Below are positions 38,749 through 48,878 of a DNA stretch of 64,000 bases, piece after piece. Under the pieces are notes generated by a model, which worked only from the letters and a program-made list of their open reading frames with translations, was not told the origin of the DNA and did not search any database. Numbering within the stretch: the stretch's first letter is position 1; each line of letters opens with the position of its first letter. The position numbers and the translations under genes were made by a program. The stretch lies in contig CAKTAA010000001.1 of assembly GCA_934526185.1 (NCBI GenBank), positions 24,204 through 88,203 on the forward strand, read 5' to 3'. This DNA is from an uncultured Eubacteriales bacterium (GTDB lineage: Bacteria; Bacillota; Clostridia; Oscillospirales; CAG-272).

Positions 38749-40023
38749 TCAGCGGATTTGGCCGTTACCATCGATAAGAAATTTTACGGTTGTCAAATCC
38801 GACAAGCCGAGCGGTCCTCTTGCATGCAGCTTTTGTGTAGAGATGCCGATTTCCGCGCCGTAGCCGAAAACCTCGCCGTCCGTAAAGCGCGTGGACGCAT
38901 TGACATATACGGCGGCAGCATCAACCTGATTCTGAAAGAGCCTTGCGTTCTCCATGCTTTCGGTGATGATGGCCTCGCTGTGCTTTGTTCCATACCGGTT
39001 GATATGCGCAACAGCCTCTGTCAGAGAATCGACAACCTTGACCGCCAGAATGTAGTCGTTGTACTCTGTCTCAAAATCCTCCTCCGTAGCAGGGGTGCAG
39101 CGGATGATGCCTTGCGTTCGCGCGCAGCCGCGCAGCTCCACAGGTATTTTTGAGGCTTCCTCCGCCAGCAGGGGCAGAAAATCAGCAGCAGCAGCACGGT
39201 GTACGAGCAGAGTTTCAATGGCATTGCAGACAGAGGGGCGCTGCGCTTTCGCATTCATGGCAACAGAGCAGGCCATGTTCCTATCCGCGCTATCGTCTAC
39301 ATACAGATGGCAGTTTCCGGCACCTGTTTCAATGACAGGAACCTTTGCCTGCTCCGTTACACTGCGTATCAGACCGGCGCTGCCCCTTGGAATGAGGACA
39401 TCTACCAAACCGCGCATCTCCATGAGTGCCGAGGCGCTTTCGCGGTCGGTGATGTCGATAAACTGAAGCAGTCCGTCGGGGAGTCCCGCTTCTGTAAGGC
39501 CGCTTTTCAGGCACCGGACCAGCGCAAGGTTGGAGAGGAGCGCTTCCTTTCCACCGCGCAGGACAGCGGCGTTGCCGGACATCAGGCACAGTCCTGCGGC
39601 GTCGACCGTTACATTCGGCCGCGCCTCATAGATCATGGCAACGACACCGAGAGGTACATGAATTCTGCGGATCAGAAGTCCGTTCGGCCTTACGGAGCAT
39701 TCTCCCTGACCGACGGGATCCGGAAAACGCGCCAAATTGCCGAGCGCTTCCGCCATGGCGCGGATTCTTTCGGACGTAAGGCGCAGCCGATCCTGCATGG
39801 AGGCGCGCATGCCTTCCGCCTGAGCGCGCTCAAGATCCTTTTCGTTTTCGGAAAGGATAGAGGTCTCCTCCTCTAACAGACGACGTCTCATGGCTCGGAG
39901 AGCTTCCTGCTTCTGAGCGGTAGAGGCGAGCGCCCCGGCGGGCGCAGCCTGCTTTGCGGCAGCGCACAGCTCTCTGACATTTTCGCGGATAGCTTCTTTT
40001 GTGTTTCGTTCCTGTTCTTTCAT
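38749..40023 (-). CDS. proA: Glutamate-5-semialdehyde dehydrogenase
   Basis: Motifs IYEARPNVTVDA, VLRGGKEA, CNAIETLLVH and GAEIGISTQKLHARGP. Confidence 0.95.
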   Translation of the reverse strand: MKEQERNTKEAIRENVRELCAAAKQAAPAGALASTAQKQEALRAMRRRLLEEETSILSENEKDLERAQAEGMRASMQDRLRLTSERIRAMAEALGNLARFPDPVGQGECSVRPNGLLIRRIHVPLGVVAMIYEARPNVTVDAAGLCLMSGNAAVLRGGKEALLSNLALVRCLKSGLTEAGLPDGLLQFIDITDRESASALMEMRGLVDVLIPRGSAGLIRSVTEQAKVPVIETGAGNCHLYVDDSADRNMACSVAMNAKAQRPSVCNAIETLLVHRAAAADFLPLLAEEASKIPVELRGCARTQGIIRCTPATEEDFETEYNDYILAVKVVDSLTEAVAHINRYGTKHSEAIITESMENARLFQNQVDAAAVYVNASTRFTDGEVFGYGAEIGISTQKLHARGPLGLSDLTTVKFLIDGNGQIR

Positions 40024-40121
40024 GGCGCAGTATCCATCCTTTCGTTGCTTTCATTTTTCGGGCCGTGCTGCCGGCGCTGAGGTGACGAATATTTGTATAA
40101 AATTAGCTTTTAAGGAATGAT

Positions 40122-41006
40122 TCATTCAGCTTCTCCGGATGAGGGCTCTTCCGGAGAGCCGGTTTCTTCTGAACGGGTAAATCCGGTAATCACCATAACA
40201 CGGCTTACCTGCCCTATGGGAACAGCCGGCCGGATTACGGCGTAGAGCGCCGCGTTGGCGGCATCGGTTTTTACTTCGGCAACCTCACCGATATATAAGC
40301 CGGAAGGGTACACGCTTCCGATACCGGAGGTCAGAATGCGGTCTCCTGCTTTGATGTCTGCGGACGGATCTAAATTGGAGAGCCGGCATAAGCCCTCAAG
40401 ACGGAGGGAAAAATCTCCCTCAATAAGTCCGGCAGCGCCGCTTCGCTCCGCATATGCGCCGGCTGCCGCCGCCGTTTCCGTAAGCGGAACAACTCTCGAC
40501 CAGTTCGTCCCTACTTCATTTATGTAGCCCAGCACTCCTTCCGCGGTGATGACAGGCATATTCAGAGCAAGACCGTCGTCCCCGCCGCAGTTCAGCGTAA
40601 GATACGTGCGGTAGTTGTTGGTTTCGCGGCCGACTACATCAGCCTGAACGAATTGAAAATCCTTTCGTGTGCGCTTCAGCTCCAGAAAGCCGGAGAGGAA
40701 TTCATTTTCTTCGCGAAGCCGCTCAGCCTCCCGCAGCTCATTCTGCATTTCTACGGCAGCGCTTTCCAGCTCATCGATTTTCTTCTGTAGCTCATCGGTA
40801 TCCTGAAATCGCGAAAAAAAGCTGTCGACAGCACCGGAGATCGAAGTCAAGACTCCCTGAATCGGTGTTATGACCGAGGAGACGGCATTGCGCAGGGGCG
40901 GGGTATGCCCGGAAAGAGACAGGGCAAGTGTGACGGCCGCGCAGACGAACGCTGCCGCAAGGACCGCTATTATCATTTTATTTGGGCGCCGCTGTTTCTG
41001 TTTCAC
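40122..41006 (-). CDS. mreC: Rod shape-determining protein MreC
   Basis: N-terminal TM, coiled coil (ELREAERLREENEFL) and beta-rich C-terminus (PVITAEGVLGYI, TSGIGSVYPSGLYIGEV). GTG start behind AAAGGAGAG. Confidence 0.9.
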   Translation of the reverse strand: MKQKQRRPNKMIIAVLAAAFVCAAVTLALSLSGHTPPLRNAVSSVITPIQGVLTSISGAVDSFFSRFQDTDELQKKIDELESAAVEMQNELREAERLREENEFLSGFLELKRTRKDFQFVQADVVGRETNNYRTYLTLNCGGDDGLALNMPVITAEGVLGYINEVGTNWSRVVPLTETAAAAGAYAERSGAAGLIEGDFSLRLEGLCRLSNLDPSADIKAGDRILTSGIGSVYPSGLYIGEVAEVKTDAANAALYAVIRPAVPIGQVSRVMVITGFTRSEETGSPEEPSSGEAE

Positions 41007-41085
41007 AGCATTTCTCTCCTTTCAATAGGGGACGGGTTCCTTCAAAGAAGAACGCTGCCGGACATCCCGATTGAGGATACACCGC

Positions 41086-42090
41086 CTATTCCGCATGAAA
41101 GCGAAGCAGCTTTTCCGGATCTCCCCTGAAATCAAGGAGCTTTCCGATGCCGGCGATGACGCAGTCCTGCGGGTGCGCAGCCTGTCGAACTTCAAGATGC
41201 GTTACCTCTGACAGCAACTCTGTTATGCCGCCGAGCGCGGAACCGCCGCCGGTCAGGAGGATGCCGTCCTCCAGCAGATCTGCTGAAATTTCGGGCGGTA
41301 TGTTCTCCAGCGTTGTCCGGACGCTTTCCATCATCAGAAGGAGCGGATCGCTCATCGCCTCAAAGGTATCCCGGCTTGTAACCGCAACAGTTTTCAGGAG
41401 CCCGCTTACCACATCGCGGCCTCGAATTTCCATGGTTCCGCGATCCAGCCTGGGGTATACGGAGCCGATATTGTGCTTAATGGCTTCCGCAGTCCGGGTG
41501 CTAATCATTAGGTTGTATTTGCGGCGGATATGGGCGGAGATGGCTTCGTTGAGCTGCTCGCCGGCAACGCGGACAGAGGATGCACGGACAACGCCGCCCA
41601 GGCTCATAACTGCCGTTTCCGTCATACCGCCGCCGAGATCAATTATCATACAGCCCCTCGGCTGTGTTGCGCGGATACCGGCGCCGAGAGCGGCCATGAG
41701 GGATTTTTCGAGAACCGTAACGTTTTTTGCGCCAGCATCGTACAGAACCTCCTCTACCGCACGCCGTTCCACCTCTGTGATGCCCCATGGTACAGCGACA
41801 GAGACGTCCGGACGCCGGATAGGCTTGCCGACGGCGTTTTCCCAGAAGCTTTGCAGCATTGCGCAGGCGACGTCACAGCGTGCGATGACGCCGTCGCGGA
41901 CGGGGTAGCAGATTTCAAGACTTTCGGATGTTCTGCCAAGCATCGCCGCTGCCTCGCTTCCGGCAGTCAGCAGCTCTGAATTTTCTGTATCAACAGCCGC
42001 CGCCGAGGGTTCACGCATCACAATGCCTCTCCCCGGCAAAAAAATTCTGGTGAAGGAGGTGCCCAAATCAATTCCGATATGCTTGGCCAT
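41086..42090 (-). CDS. mreB: Rod shape-determining protein MreB
   Basis: Actin-fold motifs GIDLGTS, IIDLGGGMTE and LTGGGSAL. It ends in TAG. Confidence 0.93.
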   Translation of the reverse strand: MAKHIGIDLGTSFTRIFLPGRGIVMREPSAAAVDTENSELLTAGSEAAAMLGRTSESLEICYPVRDGVIARCDVACAMLQSFWENAVGKPIRRPDVSVAVPWGITEVERRAVEEVLYDAGAKNVTVLEKSLMAALGAGIRATQPRGCMIIDLGGGMTETAVMSLGGVVRASSVRVAGEQLNEAISAHIRRKYNLMISTRTAEAIKHNIGSVYPRLDRGTMEIRGRDVVSGLLKTVAVTSRDTFEAMSDPLLLMMESVRTTLENIPPEISADLLEDGILLTGGGSALGGITELLSEVTHLEVRQAAHPQDCVIAGIGKLLDFRGDPEKLLRFHAE

Positions 42091-42356
42091 ACGATTTATC
42101 CTTTCCGCGGTCTGTGCCGCATTTGTCCGTTAGAGAAACACGGCGGCCGCAGAAAGCGGCGCCTTTAAGGATAAGCTTCGCCGCTTTTGCGTCGGATTCC
42201 GCTCTGTGTTTTATCGATTGATACAATCCCGAATGCATAACGGAGCAGAAAAGCGGCATGTCTGCTATCACGGATGAGCGATGCTCCCCACCGTTTTAGC
42301 GTCGGATTCCGACTTTGCATATTCGAAACCGCAAAGAGGAAGCCTCGAATATGCTG

Positions 42357-43178
42357 TCAGCGGGAAAGCAGTCCCCGAATTTTTTCAAAACCGGCGTTCA
42401 GACGATCTATATGCAGATTTCCATCCTTATCAAAGGCGGTAGCCTCAACGGTCATGGTTCCGCTGTAGGCGTGGCGGCGGCACAGCCAGTCAAAAAAGGA
42501 ACCGAAGTCCACGTGTCCCTCGCCGGGCGCGAGCGTTTTCAGATTTTTCCAGTCCTTTATGCCGCCCGCATAGTCGTTGACATGCAGATGACGGATGTGC
42601 GGAAACATCCAGTCTGCCGAATCATCGCTGAAAATATCCGTCTGTCCGTGAAAGGCAGCCATTTTTGTGTCAAAGGTAAAATGAATATCCGGATACATCT
42701 GCGCAAGCTCCCGCCAGTGCGTCATAGGATCACCGCAGTTGCATATCACATTTTCAACTGTCAGATCGAGACGGAATGAGGATGCAATTTCGGCGAAAAA
42801 GGGAAAGGCTGCCAGATGATTTTTTATATGCCGGTCGGACGGAAGGCCGTTCCAGAGATGCAGAACCAGAGTGGAAGCGCCCAGCTCCGATGCAATTCGG
42901 CAGTTTTCCGAAAACAGCTCAAGTGCCGTTTGCAGTTCGGCTTTTTCCCCTGAGCTGAGAAGCTCTCCAATATGCTTGTCGCAGTGCATGACCGGAATAA
43001 AAAGCTGCATACGGAGCAGATCCTCAATAAGGACGCCGGCAGTGCCATACCAGGATTCGTACATCATGAATTCAAACCCGTCGCATGAAAGCTCTCGTGC
43101 GCACGGCTCGAGCAGCTTATAATTGCGTCCGTTGGGTTTTCCTATCAACGCGCCGGTGGAGCATAATATCGTATTCAT
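42357..43178 (-). CDS. Sugar phosphate isomerase/epimerase (xylose isomerase-like TIM barrel)
   Basis: Pattern of conserved H/E/D residues (VLHLWNG, LTVENV, IRHLHVNDY) typical of the AP endonuclease 2 / IolE-like fold. Start re-picked to ATG 43178. Confidence 0.7.
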   Translation of the reverse strand: MNTILCSTGALIGKPNGRNYKLLEPCARELSCDGFEFMMYESWYGTAGVLIEDLLRMQLFIPVMHCDKHIGELLSSGEKAELQTALELFSENCRIASELGASTLVLHLWNGLPSDRHIKNHLAAFPFFAEIASSFRLDLTVENVICNCGDPMTHWRELAQMYPDIHFTFDTKMAAFHGQTDIFSDDSADWMFPHIRHLHVNDYAGGIKDWKNLKTLAPGEGHVDFGSFFDWLCRRHAYSGTMTVEATAFDKDGNLHIDRLNAGFEKIRGLLSR

Positions 43179-43298
43179 TGGAGCCGTTTTTCCTTTCCCT
43201 GACACGGCGAAAACAAGCGAGACGGCGAAATGGGGTTCTGGCTATCCCTATACAGACAGGAAGCTTATATAATGAAAGATAAAAAGCGCCGCATCCTG

Positions 43299-43898
43299 CT
43301 ACTGCATATCTGTCCATTTATCCGGTGTCAGCAGATTCAAACCGAAATTCTTCAGCAGCATTTCATGGAGAAGGGAAACGGGCAGGCCGACCACATTGAA
43401 ATAGTCTCCGTCTATTCGGTCGACAAACGCCGCGCCGCGCTCCTGAATGCCGTACCCGCCGGCCTTGTCAAACGGCTCTCCGGTTTGGACATACGCCGTG
43501 ATTTCCGCCTCGGACAGTTTCCGAAACCAGACGTCTGTTTTGCGGCTCCCGAGACGGAGTGTACCGCGGTACAGAACGGCAAGGCCGGTGAACACCTGAT
43601 GGCGGGAGCCGGAAAGCAGACGGAGCATCCGGCAAGCGTCCGTTTGATCCGCCGGCTTACCGAGAATCCGGCCGCCGCTGACGACAACAGTGTCGGCTGC
43701 TACAATACACTCCTCCGGGAGCGCAAGCGGAAGGGCAGCCCGCGCCTTGCGGCAGGCAAGACCTGTGACCAGCTCTTCCGGCTCCGGATCTCCCGTATAG
43801 GCTTCCTCTTCATCAGGGACGGAGATGCGAAACGGAACGCCGAGCATTTCGAGAATATCCCGGCGGCGCGCCGAACGGGATGCCAAAAGTATTTTCAT
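43299..43898 (-). CDS. maf: Maf-like nucleoside triphosphate pyrophosphatase (septum formation protein)
   Basis: N-terminus MKILLASRSARRRDIL plus AADTVV, GKP and DKAGGYGIQ. Confidence 0.92.
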   Translation of the reverse strand: MKILLASRSARRRDILEMLGVPFRISVPDEEEAYTGDPEPEELVTGLACRKARAALPLALPEECIVAADTVVVSGGRILGKPADQTDACRMLRLLSGSRHQVFTGLAVLYRGTLRLGSRKTDVWFRKLSEAEITAYVQTGEPFDKAGGYGIQERGAAFVDRIDGDYFNVVGLPVSLLHEMLLKNFGLNLLTPDKWTDMQ

Positions 43899-43951
43899 AG
43901 ATGCCTTTCTCCTTTTTTCAGCCGAAGGTGTGTTCTCGGACCGGCGGCGAA

Positions 43952-45226
43952 TTATTCAAGTCCGACGGTCAGCTTCGGGAAATCGAGCGAGGTGAGCAGA
44001 CTGTCCATGTTATAAAGGAATACGACACGGTCGATATTGTTCTCTTCAATATACTCCAGGACAGATTGACGAAAATAACGCAGATCGATCAGAACAAGAT
44101 CGTAATGCCGGGCAAGAAACGGCGCGATGGAATTGGCAAAGCTGTCCTTCAAAAGCAGGAGTTTTTCTCTCGGCTGATCCGCCGAAAGCTGCCTGATTTC
44201 AAGGCAGGCGTGGTTGTTTGAAAGAAAAACGCTGTACTTGTCCTTCCCCTCAAGATACGAGGTGTCATAGAAGCCGCTGAAAACTTCTCCCGAGTCGAAA
44301 ATCCGTGTTTCAAAGTCGGTATCGTCACCCTCAAATCTGTAAAATTCGATGGTGTCCGGACCGATCCATTTCATGCCGGCGGAGGACCAAGAAGTACCGT
44401 AAAAGGAATCGCTTGCCGTCTGAATGTCAAAGGAATCGAGCGGCAGCGGCTCTTTTCCAAGATGCTGCATCAGAGCCGTGTAGGCGAGATAAGCTCCCTC
44501 TGTTGTCCAGTGGTGATCCGTGCGGTACATGACATAAGCGCCGCTATTCGCCGCTTGGAGAAGCGGATCACGCAGGTTCAGGATGTCGATTGCGTTTTCA
44601 TAGGACTGCAGCGTCTCCCAGGGGGCGTGTACCGGGGACATATCGAAAAGCGCAGGTAGCTTGCTTTCCATTGCGTCCACGGTACGCGGGGCGGCGGCAA
44701 GCGTCAGCGGAATGCCCTGCTCTGACAGAGCGGATGAAAACCGAGACAGCGTTTCAAGCTTTTCCGCGAGAGCTTCCGTGTCCGGCGAATCAAAGCGCTC
44801 AATGAGATAGGAGTCTCTGCCGAGCAGAATGCCGTTGTTTTCTCCCTTCATCAGGGCAATTTCCGAAACGCCGCGGACGCCGACGAAAAAATCGCGGAAG
44901 GGAAACTGATCCGCATAAAACGTATTGATTTCGCCGGTAAATTTGCCGGAAAAGAAGCGGTCGAGAAAGGTTCCGTTCTGCAAACGCTCCCAGATCGCTC
45001 CGTCGCTTTGAGAGGAAGCCTTGGGGAATTGCTGCAGATATCGGTTTTCCTGCTCGGAGTACTCCTTTGCAGGCAAAAGATAGATGAGGCACGCAAAGAA
45101 AAACAGAATGCCGACAAAAAGGACAGTGGTCAGAAGCTCCGTTATTTTTGCGTCAGATGCATGCTTTTCCTGAATTTGCTCAGGGGTAAGCGGGGCGCGG
45201 GCGGTCTGATTTTTGTGCATAGCCAT
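43952..45226 (-). CDS. DHHW-motif protein (AlgX/AlgJ-like SGNH partner of the MBOAT)
   Basis: N-terminal TM anchor and the literal motif YRTDHHWTTEGAY. It lies immediately downstream of the MBOAT gene. Confidence 0.8.
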   Translation of the reverse strand: MAMHKNQTARAPLTPEQIQEKHASDAKITELLTTVLFVGILFFFACLIYLLPAKEYSEQENRYLQQFPKASSQSDGAIWERLQNGTFLDRFFSGKFTGEINTFYADQFPFRDFFVGVRGVSEIALMKGENNGILLGRDSYLIERFDSPDTEALAEKLETLSRFSSALSEQGIPLTLAAAPRTVDAMESKLPALFDMSPVHAPWETLQSYENAIDILNLRDPLLQAANSGAYVMYRTDHHWTTEGAYLAYTALMQHLGKEPLPLDSFDIQTASDSFYGTSWSSAGMKWIGPDTIEFYRFEGDDTDFETRIFDSGEVFSGFYDTSYLEGKDKYSVFLSNNHACLEIRQLSADQPREKLLLLKDSFANSIAPFLARHYDLVLIDLRYFRQSVLEYIEENNIDRVVFLYNMDSLLTSLDFPKLTVGLE

Positions 45227-45361
45227 GTTTGGATTATCCTACTTTCGTATTTGTAAAGCCATGGTTTGGCCGTTTCGGCGGCAGAAGAAGGGAGGTCCGC
45301 TTTGGGCGGAATGGATGAAAAGATGAAAAAAGCGTTCTGTGTGTGTACTTCATTTGGAATT

Positions 45362-46771
45362 TCAGAAGGCAAAATACAGGAAAGGGTTATAAGAGGAATT
45401 TACAAGATATGCGGTCATGAGAAGAAGTCCGACGGGGACAAGCACACACGCAGCACATCTGCCGGCTGAGGAGCGGTCGTATATCTGCCAGAAAAGACGC
45501 TTGGGCAGCGGAGTGGAGCCGATGACGGCAATGGCAAGAAAAATGAGCTGATGCAGTATCGTGTAAAGGTCGCCGAGTGCGACAAAGCCTGCGGCTCCGG
45601 TTCCGAAAAGACTGCCGAGATACGCCGCGCCCGCGCTCATATCCTCAAAGGCGAAGATCAGCCAGCCGAAATAGATGAAAATCAGTGCATATGCGTGGCG
45701 GAAAAAGGAGGGAGCCTTTTCCAGACGCTTGAGCAGGAATGCTTTTTCGAGAATCAGCAGTATACCGTAATAGAACCCCCATATAATATAGTTCCAGTTG
45801 GCGCCATGCCAGAAGCCGGTCAGAAACCATACGATAAGAAGGTTGCGGTACATGCGGAAACGGCCGGTCCGGTTGCCGCCGAGGGGAATATACACGTATT
45901 CTCTGAACCAGGTGCCGAGTGAAATGTGCCACCTCCGCCAGAACTCCGTGACGCTCTGGGAGATATACGGATAGTTGAAATTTTCCAAAAAGCGGAAGCC
46001 AAGCATCTTTCCGAGCCCTATGGCCATATCGGAATAGCCTGAAAAATCGAAATAAATGTAAAAGCAGTAGAACAGCAGCCCTGTCCACGCGCCGATAACG
46101 GTGCGGCCGCCTGCTTCGGCTGTACGGAACGTTTCCCATACTGCGTATGCGGAATTGGCGAGAAAGACTTTTTTTGCGAGACCGCAGACAAAGGTTCGGG
46201 CGCCGCTTGCAAACAAGGAGACGGAAACCGTGCGTTGCCGGAGCTGGTCGTCAACGTCCTGATAACGGACAATGGGGCCTGCGATGAGCTGAGGAAACAG
46301 CGTGACATAGGTGCCGAAGGTCACAAAATTTTTCTGCATCCGCGCATTTCCCCGGTAAACATCGATCGGGTAGGACATTGTCTGAAAGGTATAAAAGGAA
46401 ATACCGATGGGCAGCGTGATGCCCAGAGGCTTGAGGAAAGAAAGAAAGGGAATCCGGCTGAGATTGACAAGGAAAAAGTCGCTGTATTTGAAAAAGCCGA
46501 GAATCAGGAGACTGATGACAATGTCAAGCACAAGGAAAAAACGCGCGCGGCGGGGATTGACGTCCCTGTACTTGCCTACAAAATAGCCGCATACATAGTT
46601 TACCGCGATGGTAAAAACCATCAGCCAGATGAGCCTTGGCTCACCCCAGCCGTAAAAGGCCAGGCTGACGATAAACAGAACCAGGTTGCGGAATTTCCAC
46701 GGTGTGACAAAATACAGAAGAAGGGAGGCCGCCAGATAAAAATAAAGAAATTCCAGGCTGGAGAAAACCAT
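45362..46771 (-). CDS. MBOAT family O-acyltransferase (AlgI/DltB-like)
   Basis: N-terminus MVFSSLEFLYF plus FWRRWHISLGTWFREYVYIPLGGNR and FLTGFWHGANW (catalytic His region). Start re-picked to ATG 46771; the track ORF is over-extended. Confidence 0.9.
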   Translation of the reverse strand: MVFSSLEFLYFYLAASLLLYFVTPWKFRNLVLFIVSLAFYGWGEPRLIWLMVFTIAVNYVCGYFVGKYRDVNPRRARFFLVLDIVISLLILGFFKYSDFFLVNLSRIPFLSFLKPLGITLPIGISFYTFQTMSYPIDVYRGNARMQKNFVTFGTYVTLFPQLIAGPIVRYQDVDDQLRQRTVSVSLFASGARTFVCGLAKKVFLANSAYAVWETFRTAEAGGRTVIGAWTGLLFYCFYIYFDFSGYSDMAIGLGKMLGFRFLENFNYPYISQSVTEFWRRWHISLGTWFREYVYIPLGGNRTGRFRMYRNLLIVWFLTGFWHGANWNYIIWGFYYGILLILEKAFLLKRLEKAPSFFRHAYALIFIYFGWLIFAFEDMSAGAAYLGSLFGTGAAGFVALGDLYTILHQLIFLAIAVIGSTPLPKRLFWQIYDRSSAGRCAACVLVPVGLLLMTAYLVNSSYNPFLYFAF

Positions 46772-47056
46772 AAGCTTCAAACATACCTTTCTTGGTTTCG
46801 GTTGAAAACGGACGACGACAGATGGTTTGGCCGGATAAAATAAGGGGTTCTTTTCCGGCTGCAAGAGAATTATGAATGCCGCACTGAATAAAGGTGCTGC
46901 GGTACCGGCTTTTGAAATGCCGGCCGCCGAAGGGAGCGTCTGAAGAGACAGGCAGGACGGCTGTCTGCTGGAAACGGGCCTGATATCCGAAATACACAAA
47001 GACATAAAGAAGGCATTTCCGCACAGAAATTCCTTCTTACGGCGGCCGCAGAGACT

Positions 47057-48463
47057 TTATTTAACCTGTCTGCCGGTCAGGGAAAGAGAACAGGCGTCCC
47101 AATAACCTGTCATTTCAAAGCGAATATCAAGCGTATTGCCGTCGTCCTCCGGCGTCAGACGGATGCTTTCCGTCTGAGGACTGTTGATATGGCGGCAGAG
47201 GAGGAAAAGACTGCCGTTATCCATGGTGCAGCAGGAGGCAACACGGATCTCCTCCCGTTTCTCCGGCGACATCAGACCGAGAAGCTTAGGCTTTCGGTAG
47301 GGCGCTGTATATGCGCTGCGGATCCAGACACCCCGACCGGCTGACAGCACCTCTTCCTTTCTGCCGTCACTGAAGTGAAGATTGACGGAATCTTTCAAAA
47401 TTTCAAGCCGCAGAGCGGTAAAACCGATCGGATTGGATTCCAGCCGATAGCACCGGCTGCTCAGCGCGATCTGTCTGTCTGGCAGCGGTTCAAAGGCGGG
47501 AATTACAGCAGGCGTCTGATCGCAGCCGCACAGATTTTCGGCAAGCTCAAACAGATCGTCCATTTCCTTCTGCATGTTGCTGACCATCGCCTGAGCAGCG
47601 ATAACAATGTTCAGCTTCGGCAGAACCACGCATAACTGCCCGCAGGCGCCGTCGCCGCGGAAACCGTCCCTTGCATTGCGCCAGAACTGGTAGCCGTAGC
47701 CTGCCGTCCAGTCGGGAGTCCCGTTGCCGCTGTTGTCGGAATGTGCGCGGGTGGCTTCCGCTATCCATTCGCTGCTTATGATGCGTTTTCCTTCCCAGAC
47801 GCCGTCGTTTGCGACGAGGAGGCCGAATTTAATGATATCGTCATTTGAAAGATGCAGACCGATACCGCCCTCATTGACGCCCTCGCCGCACTGGTTCCAG
47901 TAGACTCCGCTGATACCGAGCGGAACGAAGAGCTTTCTGTTTACATAATCGAAAAGCGTCTCTCCGGTGACACGCTGAATCAGCGCGGACAGCAGACAGG
48001 TAGCGCCGGTATTGTAGGCAAAATGCGTACCCGGCACAAACGGTACCGGCTGCGCGAGAAAAGCTTTGGCAACATCGTCTGTATTGTACATGTGCGGCAT
48101 GATGCAGCCGGCGTGTCCGGTGTTCATGGAAAGCACATGTGAAAGACGCATAGAGGCCAGATTTTCACTTACCGTTTCCGGCAACTTATCCGGGAACAGA
48201 TCAACAATAAGGTCGTCCGTATGCAGCAATCCCTCCTTTACGGCAAATCCGATTCCGGTTGACGCGAAGCTTTTGCTCAGTGAATAATTTTCTCTTTTAT
48301 CCGCGCAGGAATATGGAGCAGGGGCGATGCGCAGCATTTTTTCGCCGTTTTTGTATATTTGAAGAGTCTGAATTTCGTTCCCGGATTTTTTGGATTCCTC
48401 ATAAAAGCGGTTGACAGCCGCGCGGGATACGCTGCTGTGCAGTTCATATTCTGATGCGAGCAT
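47057..48463 (-). CDS. Beta-lactamase-fold (class C/PBP4-like) serine hydrolase
   Basis: SxxK motif in YSLSKSF, YxN in FAYNTGA, and a C-terminal beta-rich extension. SD is AGGAAGG. Confidence 0.8.
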   Translation of the reverse strand: MLASEYELHSSVSRAAVNRFYEESKKSGNEIQTLQIYKNGEKMLRIAPAPYSCADKRENYSLSKSFASTGIGFAVKEGLLHTDDLIVDLFPDKLPETVSENLASMRLSHVLSMNTGHAGCIMPHMYNTDDVAKAFLAQPVPFVPGTHFAYNTGATCLLSALIQRVTGETLFDYVNRKLFVPLGISGVYWNQCGEGVNEGGIGLHLSNDDIIKFGLLVANDGVWEGKRIISSEWIAEATRAHSDNSGNGTPDWTAGYGYQFWRNARDGFRGDGACGQLCVVLPKLNIVIAAQAMVSNMQKEMDDLFELAENLCGCDQTPAVIPAFEPLPDRQIALSSRCYRLESNPIGFTALRLEILKDSVNLHFSDGRKEEVLSAGRGVWIRSAYTAPYRKPKLLGLMSPEKREEIRVASCCTMDNGSLFLLCRHINSPQTESIRLTPEDDGNTLDIRFEMTGYWDACSLSLTGRQVK

Positions 48464-48878
48464 GGTTTGATACCTTCCTGAATATTTTTATGAATGATAC
48501 AGAAAAACAGTAGATAAGAAGCGAAACGCCGCGGCAATAAAGCAGAGTAAAATCAAACGGCTAAAGCAAAAATATTTTCTCCCTATTATACCGCTTTTGC
48601 TTATAAAAATCAAGAGTGAAACGCATACCGAACCAAAGGAATTTTTCCGGCCTCCGCACGGCTTTCGGGCTGTGTGCAGATCCTTTCATTCAGATTCCTA
48701 TTGACTTCCGGGGCGTCTTGTGATAACATGTTTTTCCTGACCGGCTGAAACAGTCCGGAGGGGCAATATTTCGGTCCTTCGATTTGGGGTACTGAAAAAT
48801 AATTCTGTCGTCCTGTGCCGTCTTTGGAACGGGGGATTATATTAAGAAAGGAACGGCTTCAAGGTGAAATCTTTACAA

